A stretch of 61,996 nucleotides of DNA, filler included, from Choristocarpus tenellus KU-1152 (Eukaryota; Protista; Phaeophyceae), in assembly GCA_964200185.2 (NCBI GenBank). It is 11 parts of 11 records of this genome, joined end to end, with 100 filler letters (N's around TTAATTAATTAA, not from the genome) between each part and the next. Parts side by side here need not be neighbours in the genome. Positions count along the whole stretch, not along the records: positions 1 to 4,756 come from CAXNAD020013175.1; positions 4,857 to 9,046 come from CAXNAD020015771.1; positions 9,147 to 15,633 come from CAXNAD020008028.1; 8 more parts are not named here. The stretch is one strand, 5' to 3'. Under the pieces are notes generated by a model that worked only from the letters and a program-made list of their open reading frames with translations, ran no database searches and was not told the DNA's origin. This document shows, piece after piece, positions 1 through 12,130 of the stretch. A program made the translations under genes and the position numbers. How positions within the stretch are numbered: the first letter of the stretch is position 1; each line of letters opens with the position of its first letter.

Positions 1-61
1 TCTTTTGTTCAAGATAGTATTTTGTATCTAAATCTTCATTTGATTTTATTATACTTGTTTT

Positions 62-360
62 CTCCCCCCCCCCCCCCCCCCCTCCCCCCCCTTGCTCTTT
101 CTAAGCATTTTGCACGGTTGGTGGATCATTCGGTGGGGTAACAGTTGAGGGTGTAGAGTAGGAAAGCACCTTCACTTTGGCTGACGTGTAGGCGTAATTC
201 CGACTATGAGATGTCTACCTTCCCATCGAATTAATCCGTGCTGTGACAAGAATAATAATAATAACAATAATAATGAACCCACACAAAAAAAAAGTTGACA
301 GTATCACCTTTTCCATCCCATTAGCTTTGTTCCTCGTATGGAGTGAGTCTGATGATTTAC

Positions 361-391
<31 letters not shown>

Positions 392-397
392 ATATAT
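62..397. repeat. Simple repeats: poly-C (62-91), (AAT)n (~252-274), (AT)n (361-397)
   Basis: Directly visible. Confidence 0.9.
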
Positions 398-3300
398 GTG
401 AAACTCCATTCGAGCGTGTGCCACAAATGTAACTGTCACATTGGGACCCCCTCACACACCTCACCTCCCCAATTCGCATTCAATTTTTGTCCGGGTTGGA
501 TCAGGTCCTGCACTATCAGAGGAGTTTTTGTTAAGGGTGGGAAGGGCGTATGAGGCCACCGCAAATGTCAGAACGACCTCAATGGAAGGAGCACTCGCCA
601 TCTAAATATTTGTAAGACTTGTTTTGACACTTAAGGGAAAGAAACCTTTTCCTCACCACCACCATGTAGAACCAAGGAGGAGGGGAGGAGGTAGTCATCG
701 TGAGGGCCCTCTCTTTTGGGGGGGGGGGGGATTGGATCATTTCTCTTTTGTCTACAGTAATAGCGTTTCATGACTGATAAAATTAAATCTGAATCTGAAG
801 GATTTGAAGTAAAATCAAGTCCCTCTTACCCATTCCTGTGATACAAGTCAGTACTAACATACATACATACACATCAAGTGGCAATCGCACGTGGCGGATT
901 CCAATGCGTGGAAGGGTCCTAGATTGGTATGTATAAATACTTTTAGTGCTCTTACCATGGTCAATGTGTTCCATTGTTTTTAACAAGTGAATCACACCGT
1001 ATTGTTGAGGGCGTGAGGGGGGAAGTGGCAGAGCTAAAACCAAATGTATTTATTGTGTGTCAGGAATAGGTACAGTTACACTCGTGTGTACTTTTTGTTC
1101 TGTGGAGTGTGTGTGTGTGTGTGTCTGAAATGGAGATGCATTTTGGTGTGGTAACTACAAGTTCTGCTTGTTCTAACAGTTCAATACAGTGTCATTCAAC
1201 TTCCCGTCACAGATGATGAGATCCCAGTATGGGGATTTATAAGCATTAAGAAGAATTTTGATTTCCATCCAATGAAAATTTATTATTTTTTGGCGTTGGT
1301 ATCCATTTTGATTATATTTTCCTAATCATGGAGGACAGCCATCCACAAACCCCCCACAAGAGAACATAAACTGACTGTTATCACTCGACCACACAACAAA
1401 AATAACGATGCTTAACACTATCGCAATCCACTCTCAAGAAGCAACAACTCCTACGCTATACTATAATAACAATTAGCACAAAACAAAACATACCAGCATA
1501 AGAGGCAGAAGTACCACCGTAACCTCCACTTGTCTTTTTGAACACAAAACACATTGCAGCTGTGCACCTCAAGAAACACTCACACAGACAGCAGACAACC
1601 AAACACGCGCGCGCGCATCTCTACAAAAATGTTCAGTACATACCAAACATCAGTGTATTTCTATTCAAACAGAAGGTACCTATAGTGGAGGAAAAACGGC
1701 GAAAGGCCTGGTTTAACCCCAATCACTATGTAACACATAGCACAGACATTGAAAAACATGGGGTTAATACATTCCCCCTTACTGCAAGGTCCTATTGTGA
1801 AGGTAACACAAAAAGACATCATCTTTGACACAATGCTTACATGAGACACTCCATTACCTGGGCCTTGCCCTTGGGAATGCAAGCCCCCCCCCACCACCTA
1901 GATCACTTATCACCATGACTATCTTGTGGTGTTAGGTTCTCAGGTGGCTATAAACATATCTGGAGGGCACTATACTACACAGTGTCCGCCCAGAACACGG
2001 TGGATCTCGAGGAAGGTGTGCATGGGACAACATCCTCTTTAAAAACGAAGTCACTGTCTGACACTCCAGCCTACAGTTGAAGGCCTATTCAATAGGTCCT
2101 GGTATTCCTCATACAAGCAGATCAATTCGACTTTCCGATGAAGTCGGATAGTGTTGGATCTGAGAGTCCACCAGCCAAAAGGATTAGATTGATAGATACC
2201 AATGTGGACGTGATATGTGCGTGGTTTCTATTATCCATGCCTCGATCAGTCAGGTCACCGAGGAGCCTCAGGCACGTTTGCATCATCTGTCCGGGGTTGG
2301 ACTTGCTCTGAGGTGGCATGGTCTCGGATGTGGAGATCTTGGGAGGATCCTGGCTAACCCACTGCTTCAGAGAAAGGTCCCACCTATATCTCCGCAGGTT
2401 TTGGTTTGGGATGAGGGGGCACTATTTGTAAGAAGGATGGAGAGTTGGAAACGAGGAAATTTAGCAAGTTTATAGAGCTGTTCCACATTTAACATGTTTG
2501 AAGATGACTTTCTCCAGCCTCAGCAAGTGGGTGTTCGGCTAGGAAAAATAATCAGCACACGATCGACACAAAGACGTAGTCCTTCCCGCTTCGAAACCCT
2601 CCATTTATACCGAAATAGCATATCGTCAACTTCCCATACTCTCACCTAAGTCCCTTCCGAATCGATGGCTTAACAGTGTTACTGGCGGCGAGTTTCATCT
2701 CATCCTCTGTCTGGCGTACCCACCGGTCAAGTTTTGGGTCCCAGGTTAACCCTCGCCACATATCCCGAGGGGTAGTCCGCGTCGTTATGTCGGAAACGCA
2801 ACGGCGACCCCCACTGACAGTATAGGTTCAATGAGGGGGAAAGGTGGAATGGTGTATGGATTCGCGTTGTTACCTGATGATGGAACATGGTCTCGCAAGG
2901 CACGTGTAAGGACTAGAATTTAGATCGTGAACTATGTTGTTGTCTCACCGTGGCGAGCTTACTGGTCGATCGGTTGGGAGAAGCATAGTCTGTATCACAA
3001 AGCAGTCGACAGGAAGGAAAATGAGGAAGGACATGGTAATCGCCACGAGCAGGGCTGACATCTTGAGCACCATGGGTTCAGTATAGGTTCTTCTATCTTC
3101 GCTGGAGGATAGTGATTCTGCCGATTCTGGTAACAAAGGTGGACAGAATTAAGGCACACAGTTGTCTCCTGGCAAGAAATCAAATATCCTTCAATAAGAA
3201 CAATTCAGTCAGTAAGCCCTGATGCTGTTGATGGTCCGTGGGTCACACTGGGATAGGTGAGGTCTCAGAATAAGCGAGGTATGTTGTTATGTGTTTGGAA

Positions 3301-4691
3301 TGGGGCCAGTGTTGACTTTCTTTTGTTGATTCTTAATTTAAATTGTGGGCATTTTAGACTGAAGTTAAATAATGGAATAAGACTGACTGTTACTACACAG
3401 AAAAGTACAGCACTACTGACTGTCCAATCAGTGTTCGTGAAAACCCAAGTATTAATGAAGTCTGTTTGCATATTTTGTTCTTGATACTTACCTCATTCTA
3501 CATCAATATACATCAACTTCAATTCGTGGCTACCACAACATCAACATACCCCACAAAGAATACCTTGATTATTAGTACCAGAAACACAGTTGAATGAGGA
3601 ATGACTTAGAGAAGACACAACCCACCACAAATCCCAACACAGAAGGCCGACCAACAACAAAATACTGCAACATGGTCATTATACTGAATGATTGGAGTCA
3701 TCAAAGATGACATAATGGACTACTGGATATATATGGTTAGTAGTAGTAGTGTGTATGTGTGTACGTATGCAACTTACATACATAATGTGTACGTATGCAA
3801 CCTACACATACATCACACACATAAAGTCTACTGATAGATGCTACACCTCACCTCACACATGTACCCACCTATGATATGTAACTGCTCTTCTTCCTCTTAC
3901 CAACAAATCCAACTCCTCTCACCCACCCTCTCATATACTACATAATACATAGTGCATATTTAATACCGCTATAGGAAAGGAAGTATGAATCGTGAATAAT
4001 ACTGTTATATATGAAAGGAAGAGGTATTTAATATCGTTTTTTGACATACCTTCTGGAATACTTCGATTTTGACTACAAACAAAATATGGTTGGAATCTTG
4101 GGGGTACGTCGGATCTAATGTGGTTGATTGTTTGTCTTAACTCCACATGAAACCGAAAACTCGTTCCGCTTAAGGCCAAATTTGGAAAAAATACTCCAGC
4201 CGTACCAAGTAGACTAGAGGCATTCAAATCCACCGTAAAATCTGCTGCGGGTCGATTTATCCCATGAAATATATGGGAGTGAAAGTTGATATCCTTACAC
4301 ATCTATCAAGCTATATTAGTATCTTTAATTCACAATAAAGGGTGCAATTGGGTGTATTGTGTCAAGAAGGGGATTAAGTCTTTTTTCGGGGTTAATTTGG
4401 TTGTTTTCATGTTTACACGATTGTGTTCCCAGTTATGATGTGAAATGGATACAATTGGAATGCTGATATACACGGGGCTCATAGGATATGTTTTTGGTGG
4501 CTTGGATCGTTGTGGTTGTGAGTGCAAGAACATTTTGAGATAATAAAAAATGCTTGGAGTCCTCTGAGTGTACTTTGATTACTTCATGCTGGATCATCGT
4601 TGGATGTTCAGTATCAAATTACAGGCTCAGATTCGTCAGCTTCAACGTTGTCATTGTTGCCATCTTCCACCCTGAGATCCACCTCATAATA

Positions 4692-4756
4692 GAGCCAAAG
4701 TATCTTAGAGGGTAGAGCCGCGTCCATTTGGGGTCCAAAATCCAATGTTGCGATTT
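4692..4756. mobile_element. MITE family A, partial (short-spacer end)
   Basis: GAGCCAAAGTATCTTAGAGGGTAGAGCCGCGTCCATTTGG..., truncated by gap. Confidence 0.9.
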
Positions 4757-4856
4757 NNNNNNNNNNNNNNNNNNNNNNNNNNNNNNNNNNNNNNNNNNNN
4801 TTAATTAATTAANNNNNNNNNNNNNNNNNNNNNNNNNNNNNNNNNNNNNNNNNNNN
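4757..4856. other. Artificial contig spacer (44N-TTAATTAATTAA-44N); identical spacers at 9047, 15634, 29741, 40223, 43712, 46717, 50874, 53603 and 57883
   Basis: Ten identical 100-bp blocks with a six-frame-stop linker. Confidence 0.98.
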
Positions 4857-5488
4857 GACTTGAAATTTGGGTACATCCTTGCCAGCCCGTCGCACTGGCT
4901 GCCATGTAGACTAGAGTACAGGAGGTGGAAGGTGTAGGACTTCCTAAAAAACTTCTGTACAATGTCATACGATACCTGCGCCCCCTCATGGTTAAGTGAG
5001 ATCGGGATATTTTCCCCCATCCCTGGCATATTGTAATTGCACACCCATTGTACATACGCCTTCGCACGTCCCCACACCAGCTCAATGGGATTCAACTCAC
5101 AGTGGTACTTGAGAAGAATCAGGATGTAGTCACCAAGGCGATCGACCAGTATCTGCAGGCTGGGTTTCACAATTTTGAAGTCCTCCTACCGAGAAAGGAC
5201 ATGGGTCATACTCATTGCCAAATTCCTATTCTCTCCCTTGCCAGTGCTGTCCTTAGTCATCCTCGGTTGAAATATCCCCCCTTTCTGAATCACTGCCTTA
5301 GCCACTTGACCTTAACTAACTTTTCTTCTATTGGCATGTCTGGATGGGATATTGGTGGGTCCTCCGCTGGACCAAAGGTCAATGCCTGACGCGTACGTAC
5401 TGGCATTTTGGGTGTGGCCTTCAGAATTGTGGTGGGGTTGAGGTTTGGTAGGGGCTTTCCCTTCCTCGTCCCAGTCACTCCGATGCTC

Positions 5489-5746
5489 GAGTCAAAGTAT
5501 CTTAGAGGGTAGATCCACGTCCATTTGAGGGTCAAAATCCAATGTTGCGATTTTTATGTAAATTTGACAATCGCATTTGTTAAGAAGTGTTAAGATCCTT
5601 GTTCCAGTCACACCTTTTCATAATGCATATATTTTTTCTACTTCGAAAAAATTTGGAGTAGGAAAATGTCATAAAAGAACCCATGCGAAGCCAAGCACCA
5701 AGCAGACAAACAGGGCAAAACTTGTACCCTCTAAGTACGTTCACTC
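5489..5746. mobile_element. MITE family A, full length, inserted in transposase
   Basis: GAGTCAAAGTATCT...TTCACTC. Flanks GCTC/GTTC (4-bp TSD with one mismatch). Confidence 0.92.
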
Positions 5747-6218
5747 GTTCATTCTCGCTACTGCAGGTGTGCACCCTCCTAAAGGCAATCACGACAGGGA
5801 GATCAATCAAAGAAAGACACTGGCCTGTAGACTGGATGTATGATTGCTAGCACGTCCATCAGATCGGCAATCTGCTCTAGCATCTTGGCTGCATTCCAGT
5901 AACCCTCCCTGTTCTTCCTATAGTCCATGAGGTAGAACAACCACGCCATCCCCTTCTCGTCCCTGTACAGCATGTCTGTGTCTCAATATTTCTCAACCTT
6001 ACCATCTAAGCCCCCGTCCTCCTCCGTGGCCCCAATAGCAGAGAATTGGCAGCATTGACGGTGAAGGTCTTGCACTTGGTGAATTTCATTCTCTCAAGCA
6101 CATAGGAACCCATCCCTTAACACTGTTCCCGAAACCATGATGATTCCTGTTCCTTAGGACTTGTTCTTCAGAGTTGAAAGGCTGTGATACCGCCACGCAA
6201 AGTTCTGGCCGTGATTGG

Positions 6219-6450
6219 CTGTTGATCAGAGAGGGAGGGAGAAAAAGAAGCATGTCACTGGGTGTATTACACCATCAGAGTAATCACAACGACATAGTTG
6301 ACCTCCTTCTTCCCAATGCCCGATGGAATACTCGTAAGTACGCTGTGCACTGGAGTACTGGGCTTGTTATTTGGAGTACTTCAGCTAACCTTCTTGCTAT
6401 GATAATTATTCAGAGGACTCAGAGTACTCCGGAGAATTCGAGAACCTCAC
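6219..6450 (-). other. Spliceosomal intron within the transposase
   Basis: Minus strand reads GTGAGG...TTCTTTTTCTCCCTCCCTCTCTGATCAACAG. Removing it restores QDESIFRSNHGQNFAW in frame. Confidence 0.8.
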
Positions 6451-7507
6451 ATCTGAATATGGATTCGTCTTGAAAGCAAAGCAGTTCTCGCTCCCCATCC
6501 TTAAATACCTTCTTCAATGTTACTCTCTGTCTGAGCTCTGCCGAGAAGGCTTCCAAGGACTTCTCAACAGGTTGCCACTCTCGTCCGCTTCCTGTAGGGA
6601 AGACACTTCGGGAAGACACTTCGGGGTTAATGTTCCAGGTGTCCACCTCTGCCGGGCTGGCGTTGATCCGCTCCTCTCGAGAGTTCCAGCAGTCGAAAAT
6701 ACTCAGGGATGTACTCTTCGTCACGATATTTCACCACATCAGCCCTGTCGTGCCCATCAAAGGAGTGGCATTATTTCAAACCAGTAAAAGCGCCAACCGA
6801 GCTTCTTCAATCACTCCTGTCTCCTGTGCAGTGCGGTTGCAGATGCTGTACACCCATGCCCACTCTCCTACTGTGCGGCTTGTGCGCAGACCATAGAAAG
6901 TGTCAGATACCTCTGTCATGCTCTGTGCCATATCCGGCAGGATCTTGTCATTGATAAAGTTGCAGAAGTCCTCCAGCAAGGCATTGGCTTCCCCCTTTTT
7001 GACTGCATTACTCCTGAGTCAGTTCTCACGGTGTATTTTAATATCCTCCTCATGAAGGATCCACCGTCGATCAAAATTCCCCTTTAAGTGGAACTCTGAC
7101 TCCCACCTGCGAGCCGTATGCAAATTCATGTGACCATACCCCCGTTGCTTGCTCCTTAGCAGCTTCACGCGAATGTGCCCCCAAGAGCATCATGTAGTAG
7201 ATTCGCAATGTCTGTGCCTTGATGAGAAGCATAACTGTCTGGAAGTTGGCCATCCCGTCAGAAAATATGCTGCGGTTGCTTCTCTGGTCATGAATAATAG
7301 CATCGATCATCTGATCCAGGTAGATTATTGATTGGCAACAGAACTCCTTCTCCTCCTCTGCCCTCTCTTCGGTCAGCTCCTGCTCCCTGCGGGCATGGGC
7401 CAGCTTGGTGAATGCCTGGGACCCCTTGCTTCCACTTGAGCGAAGGCGCTGCAGCTCTGTCATATTGACCTCTAAGGCATTCCGCAAGATCTTTCGCTTG
7501 TCATTCT

Positions 7508-7686
7508 GTTCGAAAGTATCTGGGGGGTGGGTGGGGGTCTATACTAGGGTGTCCATTCAGGTCTTAACCAGGAAAAGTGCACGTACATTATCAATCCGAT
7601 GTATGCAACCAAATCACCAAAAAATCGCGACATCGAAAAATGCACCCCAAATGGATAGCCGCCACCCCCCCCAGATACTTTGAGCC
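7508..7686. mobile_element. MITE family B (~175-180 bp), full length
   Basis: ..AAAGTATCTGGGGGG...CCCCCCAGATACTTTGAGCC, flanks share TCT. Confidence 0.9.
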
Positions 7687-8365
7687 TCTATGTCCAAGAC
7701 CTGCACTTTGAACGTGTCCTGGCAGTTCTAAGCACTGCGACAACCTGTCCCCGTACAAGTTGCTCTCTGTACGTCCTATACAGTTCTTGAATCGCTCTCC
7801 GCCCAAGGCTCCCCCTCAGACGTTCAGCACCCTCGCAGGCACCACCATGTTCGGTTTCGGTGCCAGAGGATTCGGTGCCAGAGGTCGCACTGCCGTCACC
7901 CCCAGTTGAACTCCGTCGCAACTCTCGCAGAGAACAACTTTGTTCATCACGTTGGATGCTGATCCCCCCCTACTGTCATTCGTTCGCTTCCCACACATGT
8001 CAGCCAGTCCTCATCATTGAGCTTGGCCAAGAATACACGCTCTCCGTTGTAGTTGTGACCCCTCTTTGATTTCTTGTTGTGCAGTGATTGACTGGTCTAC
8101 TCGATCAAGCACGAGTCCCCCCTCTCGATACACGGCAATCACCAGTGTTTACGCTCTGCCCAACCTCAGCCTTCGACTTCTGTGAATCTTGAAGCCCGGG
8201 GGTAGAGACCGCACCATGATATCCAGCATGTCCTTTGACAAAGGGGCTTCCGCACAGCCATTGTGCCAAGTTCTGCGTAGACGCTCTATGTTGCCGTGAG
8301 CTGTGTACGAAGCTTCAGCTCCGAAAGCCTCGCGCAGAGTGTGCTTGCATGAACGAAACTGTTGA

Positions 8366-8688
8366 GGTCAGCTCATCTTGATTTTTTCGAGATGATATAA
8401 GGGGAGTTGATCGGTGATCAGCATATCGAATTAAAGCTGAGATCATAGGCAGTCGTTTGGCGCAAAGAAATCCTGTTGCAAAAAAAATTCTTGGTATGAT
8501 TTCGAGCGATTTTCATTTTTTTGCTCATTCAACCGAACCTTACGGCATTTACTAAATCAACACAAAGTAATTTGCGACCAGAGTTTTTTCCCCAATCGAC
8601 TGCCTATGATCTCAGCTTTAATTTGATATGCTGACCACCTATCAACTCCCCTTATATCATCTCGAAAAAATCAAGACTGGTCTGATCC
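8366..8688. repeat. Inverted repeat with ~85-95-bp arms (fold-back or MITE-like)
   Basis: 8376-8460 (TCTTGATTTTTTCGAGATGATATAAGGGGAGTTGAT...GGCAGTCGTTTGG) is the near-perfect reverse complement of ~8592-8676. Confidence 0.88.
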
Positions 8689-8982
8689 TAGAGGCGACCG
8701 CCGACAAAATAGCTAAAATACAAATATAGTAACTACGCAAGCACACTTCATAAGTGCTACAGCATGATAAGCTGTCCTTGACGATCTGTTGTCGTACACA
8801 ACTAGTTGTTATATTATTATGTATTAGCTTGCATCAGAGTTTAGAAGAGAGTGAGACATCATCACCAGACGGGGTTCACCAAACATTACAGCAAAACAAC
8901 TCAGTGAAGCCAAGAGACCTGAACTCAGCGAAACCAAGACACCCGACAGTTCTCTAGAACACTTCAGAAACGCTCCTAATCT

Positions 8983-9046
8983 GAGTGAAACTATCTTAGA
9001 GGGTACGAATTTTTCCCTGTTTGTCCATTTGTGGGGCTTGACTTCC
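8983..9046. mobile_element. MITE family A, partial (long-spacer end)
   Basis: GAGTGAAACTATCTTAGAGGGTACG..., truncated by gap. Confidence 0.9.
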
Positions 9047-9146
9047 NNNNNNNNNNNNNNNNNNNNNNNNNNNNNNNNNNNNNNNNNNNNTTAATTAATT
9101 AANNNNNNNNNNNNNNNNNNNNNNNNNNNNNNNNNNNNNNNNNNNN

Positions 9147-9247
9147 CACTTCCTAACCAACACAATAGCCAAAAGTACAATGAAATCGCAACATTGGATT
9201 TTGGTTCCCAAATGGATACGGCTCTACCATCTAAGATACTTTGGCTC
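9147..9247. mobile_element. MITE family A, partial (short-spacer end)
   Basis: ...CCAAATGGATACGGCTCTACCATCTAAGATACTTTGGCTC after gap. Confidence 0.9.
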
Positions 9248-9397
9248 TGAAGCAAGTTTTTTATTTTCCCCTCGTCATATTTTCAATTATTGGAAGGCAT
9301 CTTTACCCTACGACTGTATTCTAGATAGGTTCCATTCACTCACAATCTCCTCCCCTCCCTATCGGCAATCTTTGTATGTGCATTTTATTCAACGGCA

Positions 9398-10030
9398 GGT
9401 GCTGGATTAAGGTCAACATTTTCCCTGCACCCTTCTTAGCAGAGCTGACCTCAAAGTTTAGCAAACTGCTTGTACCTTGAACAAGTTCACCTCCAGCACT
9501 GACGACTCTGTTGAGGACACCGATGAGCTGATTCACATCATGCAGCACTTGAGTGTCGGCACAAGGAGCAGCCATGTTGATGAGGATCTCTCCGATGCTC
9601 TTGATGCTCTGCACCTCAAACCCGGCAGAAAACCGTCTCAGGCTTCCATTGATGCGGCAAGAGTGTGGATTGGTGTCAAAGACAACGATGAGGTGGCCAA
9701 TGTGATATTAGAGGACATGAAAGACCAGCTTCTCGAAGAATTCTTGTACCAATCAGGCGATGAAAGCTCGGGTGACGAGGATGACGAGGGGTTTATGGGA
9801 GGGGGGAGCACATCGGGAGCCATGAGGAAAGGAGCAGCCTCTTCAGTGCTCTCGATTCCTCCACCGCCATACTCTAAAGTAGCTGACGAGTTTGCAAGCT
9901 TAATAATAACTGCCGAAGAGTGCAGCACGAACAATGTTTCGTACCATCTCTGGAAAGCAAAGCTTGCTTAGCTCAGCACAACCGGGGCAAGAGCAATCAA
10001 ACAAGTGGATATTTGCGATTTATTGGCAGT
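9398..10030 (+). mobile_element. C-terminal remnant of a pogo/Tigger-like transposase
   Basis: After a CAG acceptor it reads CWIKVNIFP (like the pogo CWxKAxILP motif), followed by an acidic tail (ORF 9477-9971) and a terminal KQVDICDL resembling the Q-x-x-I-x-x-F tail of pogo transposases. Frameshift and stop present. Confidence 0.5.
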
Positions 10031-10140
10031 TGCGTTTTTTTTATTAGCGAGTAAGTTGTTTTACTCAGTGCATGCGATGGGGGGTGCATGGTGGTGCAGC
10101 TACATATGATCCACGGTGGCGTTTTTGATACTGTACCTTT

Positions 10141-10321
10141 GGCCCAAAGTATCTGGGGGAGGGGGGGAGGTCTACACCAGGGTGTCCACTTGGGTCAAAA
10201 TCAGGAAAAGTGCACTGACATCATCCGTCCAACGTATGCAACCGAATCACACAATAATCACGACATGAAAAATATCGCCCCAAATGGACAGCCACCACAC
10301 ACACCCCAGATACTTCGACCC
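10141..10321. mobile_element. MITE family B, full length
   Basis: GGCCCAAAGTATCTGGGG...CCCCAGATACTTCGACCC, TSD unclear. Confidence 0.9.
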
Positions 10322-10632
10322 TCTATAATATCCTTGTAGAGTGCAATTGAATACGTAGGGCAGGGCATAGGAGGGAGATTGACTTTGAACGTTGATTTGA
10401 TTTGAACTGCGAATCGTCTGTCCAGTCATCAGCGGCTTGCAGGTGCTTTTCTTGGGAAGGTGTACTATACCTACAAGTAAATACATCGTAGTAAGTGTAA
10501 TTTACCAAAGTTACAGTACTGTAAACATATGACATTGGAATACTGTCCAGGGGTGGTGTAGATGTGGTGCTTGCTGCACCACCACAGCTTCATTGGAATG
10601 GGCTCATCGAGGGCAACGTTCAATACATATCT

Positions 10633-10894
10633 GAGTGAAAGTATCTTAGAGGGTACGGGTTTTGCCCTGTTTGTTCATTATTTGGGATGTGACTTCCCTC
10701 GGGGTTTTTTATGACATTTTCTTACTCCAAAATATTTCGGAGTAGATAAAATGTGTACGTTACGAAAGGTGTGTCCGGAACATGGATATTGACACTTCCC
10801 AACAAACACGATAGCCAAAATTTCATCAAAATCTCAACATTGGATTTTGATCCCCAAATGGACACGGCTCTACACTCTAAGGATACTTTGGCTC
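10633..10894. mobile_element. MITE family A, full length
   Basis: GAGTGAAAGTATCT...GATACTTTGGCTC, perfect 4-bp TSD ATCT. Confidence 0.95.
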
Positions 10895-11334
10895 ATCTAC
10901 ATGTAACTACTCTAGAAGGCACATATGGGAAGCACATACAGCAAAGGCGTTCCTCTGTCGTCATTCGGAGACATGTTTAAAGTGTCTTCAAACACTGTTG
11001 CTCAATACAGCATAGATTTCTCTTATACGATCTATTTAAGTGAAAAACGTTCTTATGTATAATGTGAGAGGATAATATCACATCTATCTGCGAAATGTCA
11101 GAGGGCATCATATAAACTATACTATTAATATGAGAGGATGAGGATATGAGAGATGGTTTTGGGGGTTGGCCCCACCCTCTCTTATATCGGTACACCCAAC
11201 TGTACGAGTTTTTCCAAAGTGTCGCTCAAGCCGAACCATGTATTTCGAACAAGTTCGATATAGATGCATGAGATCACACGCCTCCTAAACAGGATCCGTT
11301 TCGACTCCTTCGGACACAACTGCCGGTCTACCAA

Positions 11335-12130
11335 GTGAAGTCAATTGGGGAAGGAAAGTTCCTCATTAGCCCTAGCATGCCACCAGAGCCAGTGTGGACA
11401 AGGGGCAAACGCATGGGCCTCTACACAACCCCTGGAGCCGGCATGCCAGATCCCCCCCATAGAAAGCTTACAGCCAGCAGATCCCTAGGGAGGAATGAGG
11501 CCCTGTCAAACAGGTGCCCAGTGGTGGGATGCAAGAGGCAAATGTTGACACCAGACGTGCCCGTACCTGCCACAGAGCAGGAGGCCAGGTACGACAGCAC
11601 ACACTCATGGTGAAACGCCTAAGCCAACTATGGAAGGGAATGAGCATCCCTTGCACTACAGAGGACAGCAGCCCCTTCACGGTAGACAGGAATCTCTCCG
11701 CATGGATCTAGTCTTCCATGCAGGGGCACTTGCGGACGCTGGAACAGCCTCCTACCGGGACAATGGCCTTCTGCTGGATGTAATATTTACAGAAGTGCAA
11801 ACAACCTCCAATCTTACCCATTCATCCACCAGCTATGGTGTAGCTGCTGCTGTAGCTGAGGCGTGAAAACACACCCACTACGAGGGCTCTTTTGATCCTC
11901 ATAGTTGTAACCTCAACACCTTCGCGGTGGAAATTTTTGGGCGCCTCGTCAAGCAAGCTGAATGTTTCCTGGATGAGCTGGCTACACACATGGTGAGGGG
12001 GAGAGGAACTGGAGGATATGACAGGATAGGAGCGGTCAAATCCCACCTATGCCAAATAGTCTCCACAACAACGCAAGTGGCATTGTCCAGACGTGTCGTG
12101 CATTTTAAGCTAGAGTCACCAGGGAGATGG
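11335..12130 (+). mobile_element. 3' remnant of a CRE-like non-LTR retrotransposon (zinc knuckle plus restriction-like endonuclease)
   Basis: Frameshifted ORFs join to CPVVGC...RTC...RQH...RMDLV...LLLDV...AEA*KHTHY...FAVEIFGRL...FLDELA, the CCHC plus PD-(D/E)xK RLE layout of CRE-clade LINEs. Confidence 0.8.

Larger units (their letters stand above)
4857..7500 (-). mobile_element. Degenerate IS630/Tc1/mariner-superfamily DDE transposase (intron-containing, disrupted by MITEs)
   Basis: Minus-strand motifs in order: DGHDRADVVKYR (~6720-6760), LLCFQDESIFR (~6452-6485), NKS*GTGIIMVSG (~6130-6165), DYRKNREGYWNAAKM (~5880-5925), HPVYRPVSFFD (~5806-5840), KYHCELNPIELVWGRAKAYV (~5050-5112). Stops and frameshifts are present. 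Confidence 0.85.

Noticed and set aside
1900-3250. GC-richer block with several short ORFs in contig 1
   Set aside because: No domain signature found, so left unannotated.
4801-4812. Recurrent TTAATTAATTAA palindrome
   Set aside because: Synthetic linker centred in N-runs, not biological. ORFs ending in X..LIN are artefacts of it.
8983-9247. Two family A halves either side of a 100-bp gap that look like one element
   Set aside because: Flanks ATCT and TGAA give no TSD and the gap length is artificial, so I treat them as possibly separate copies.
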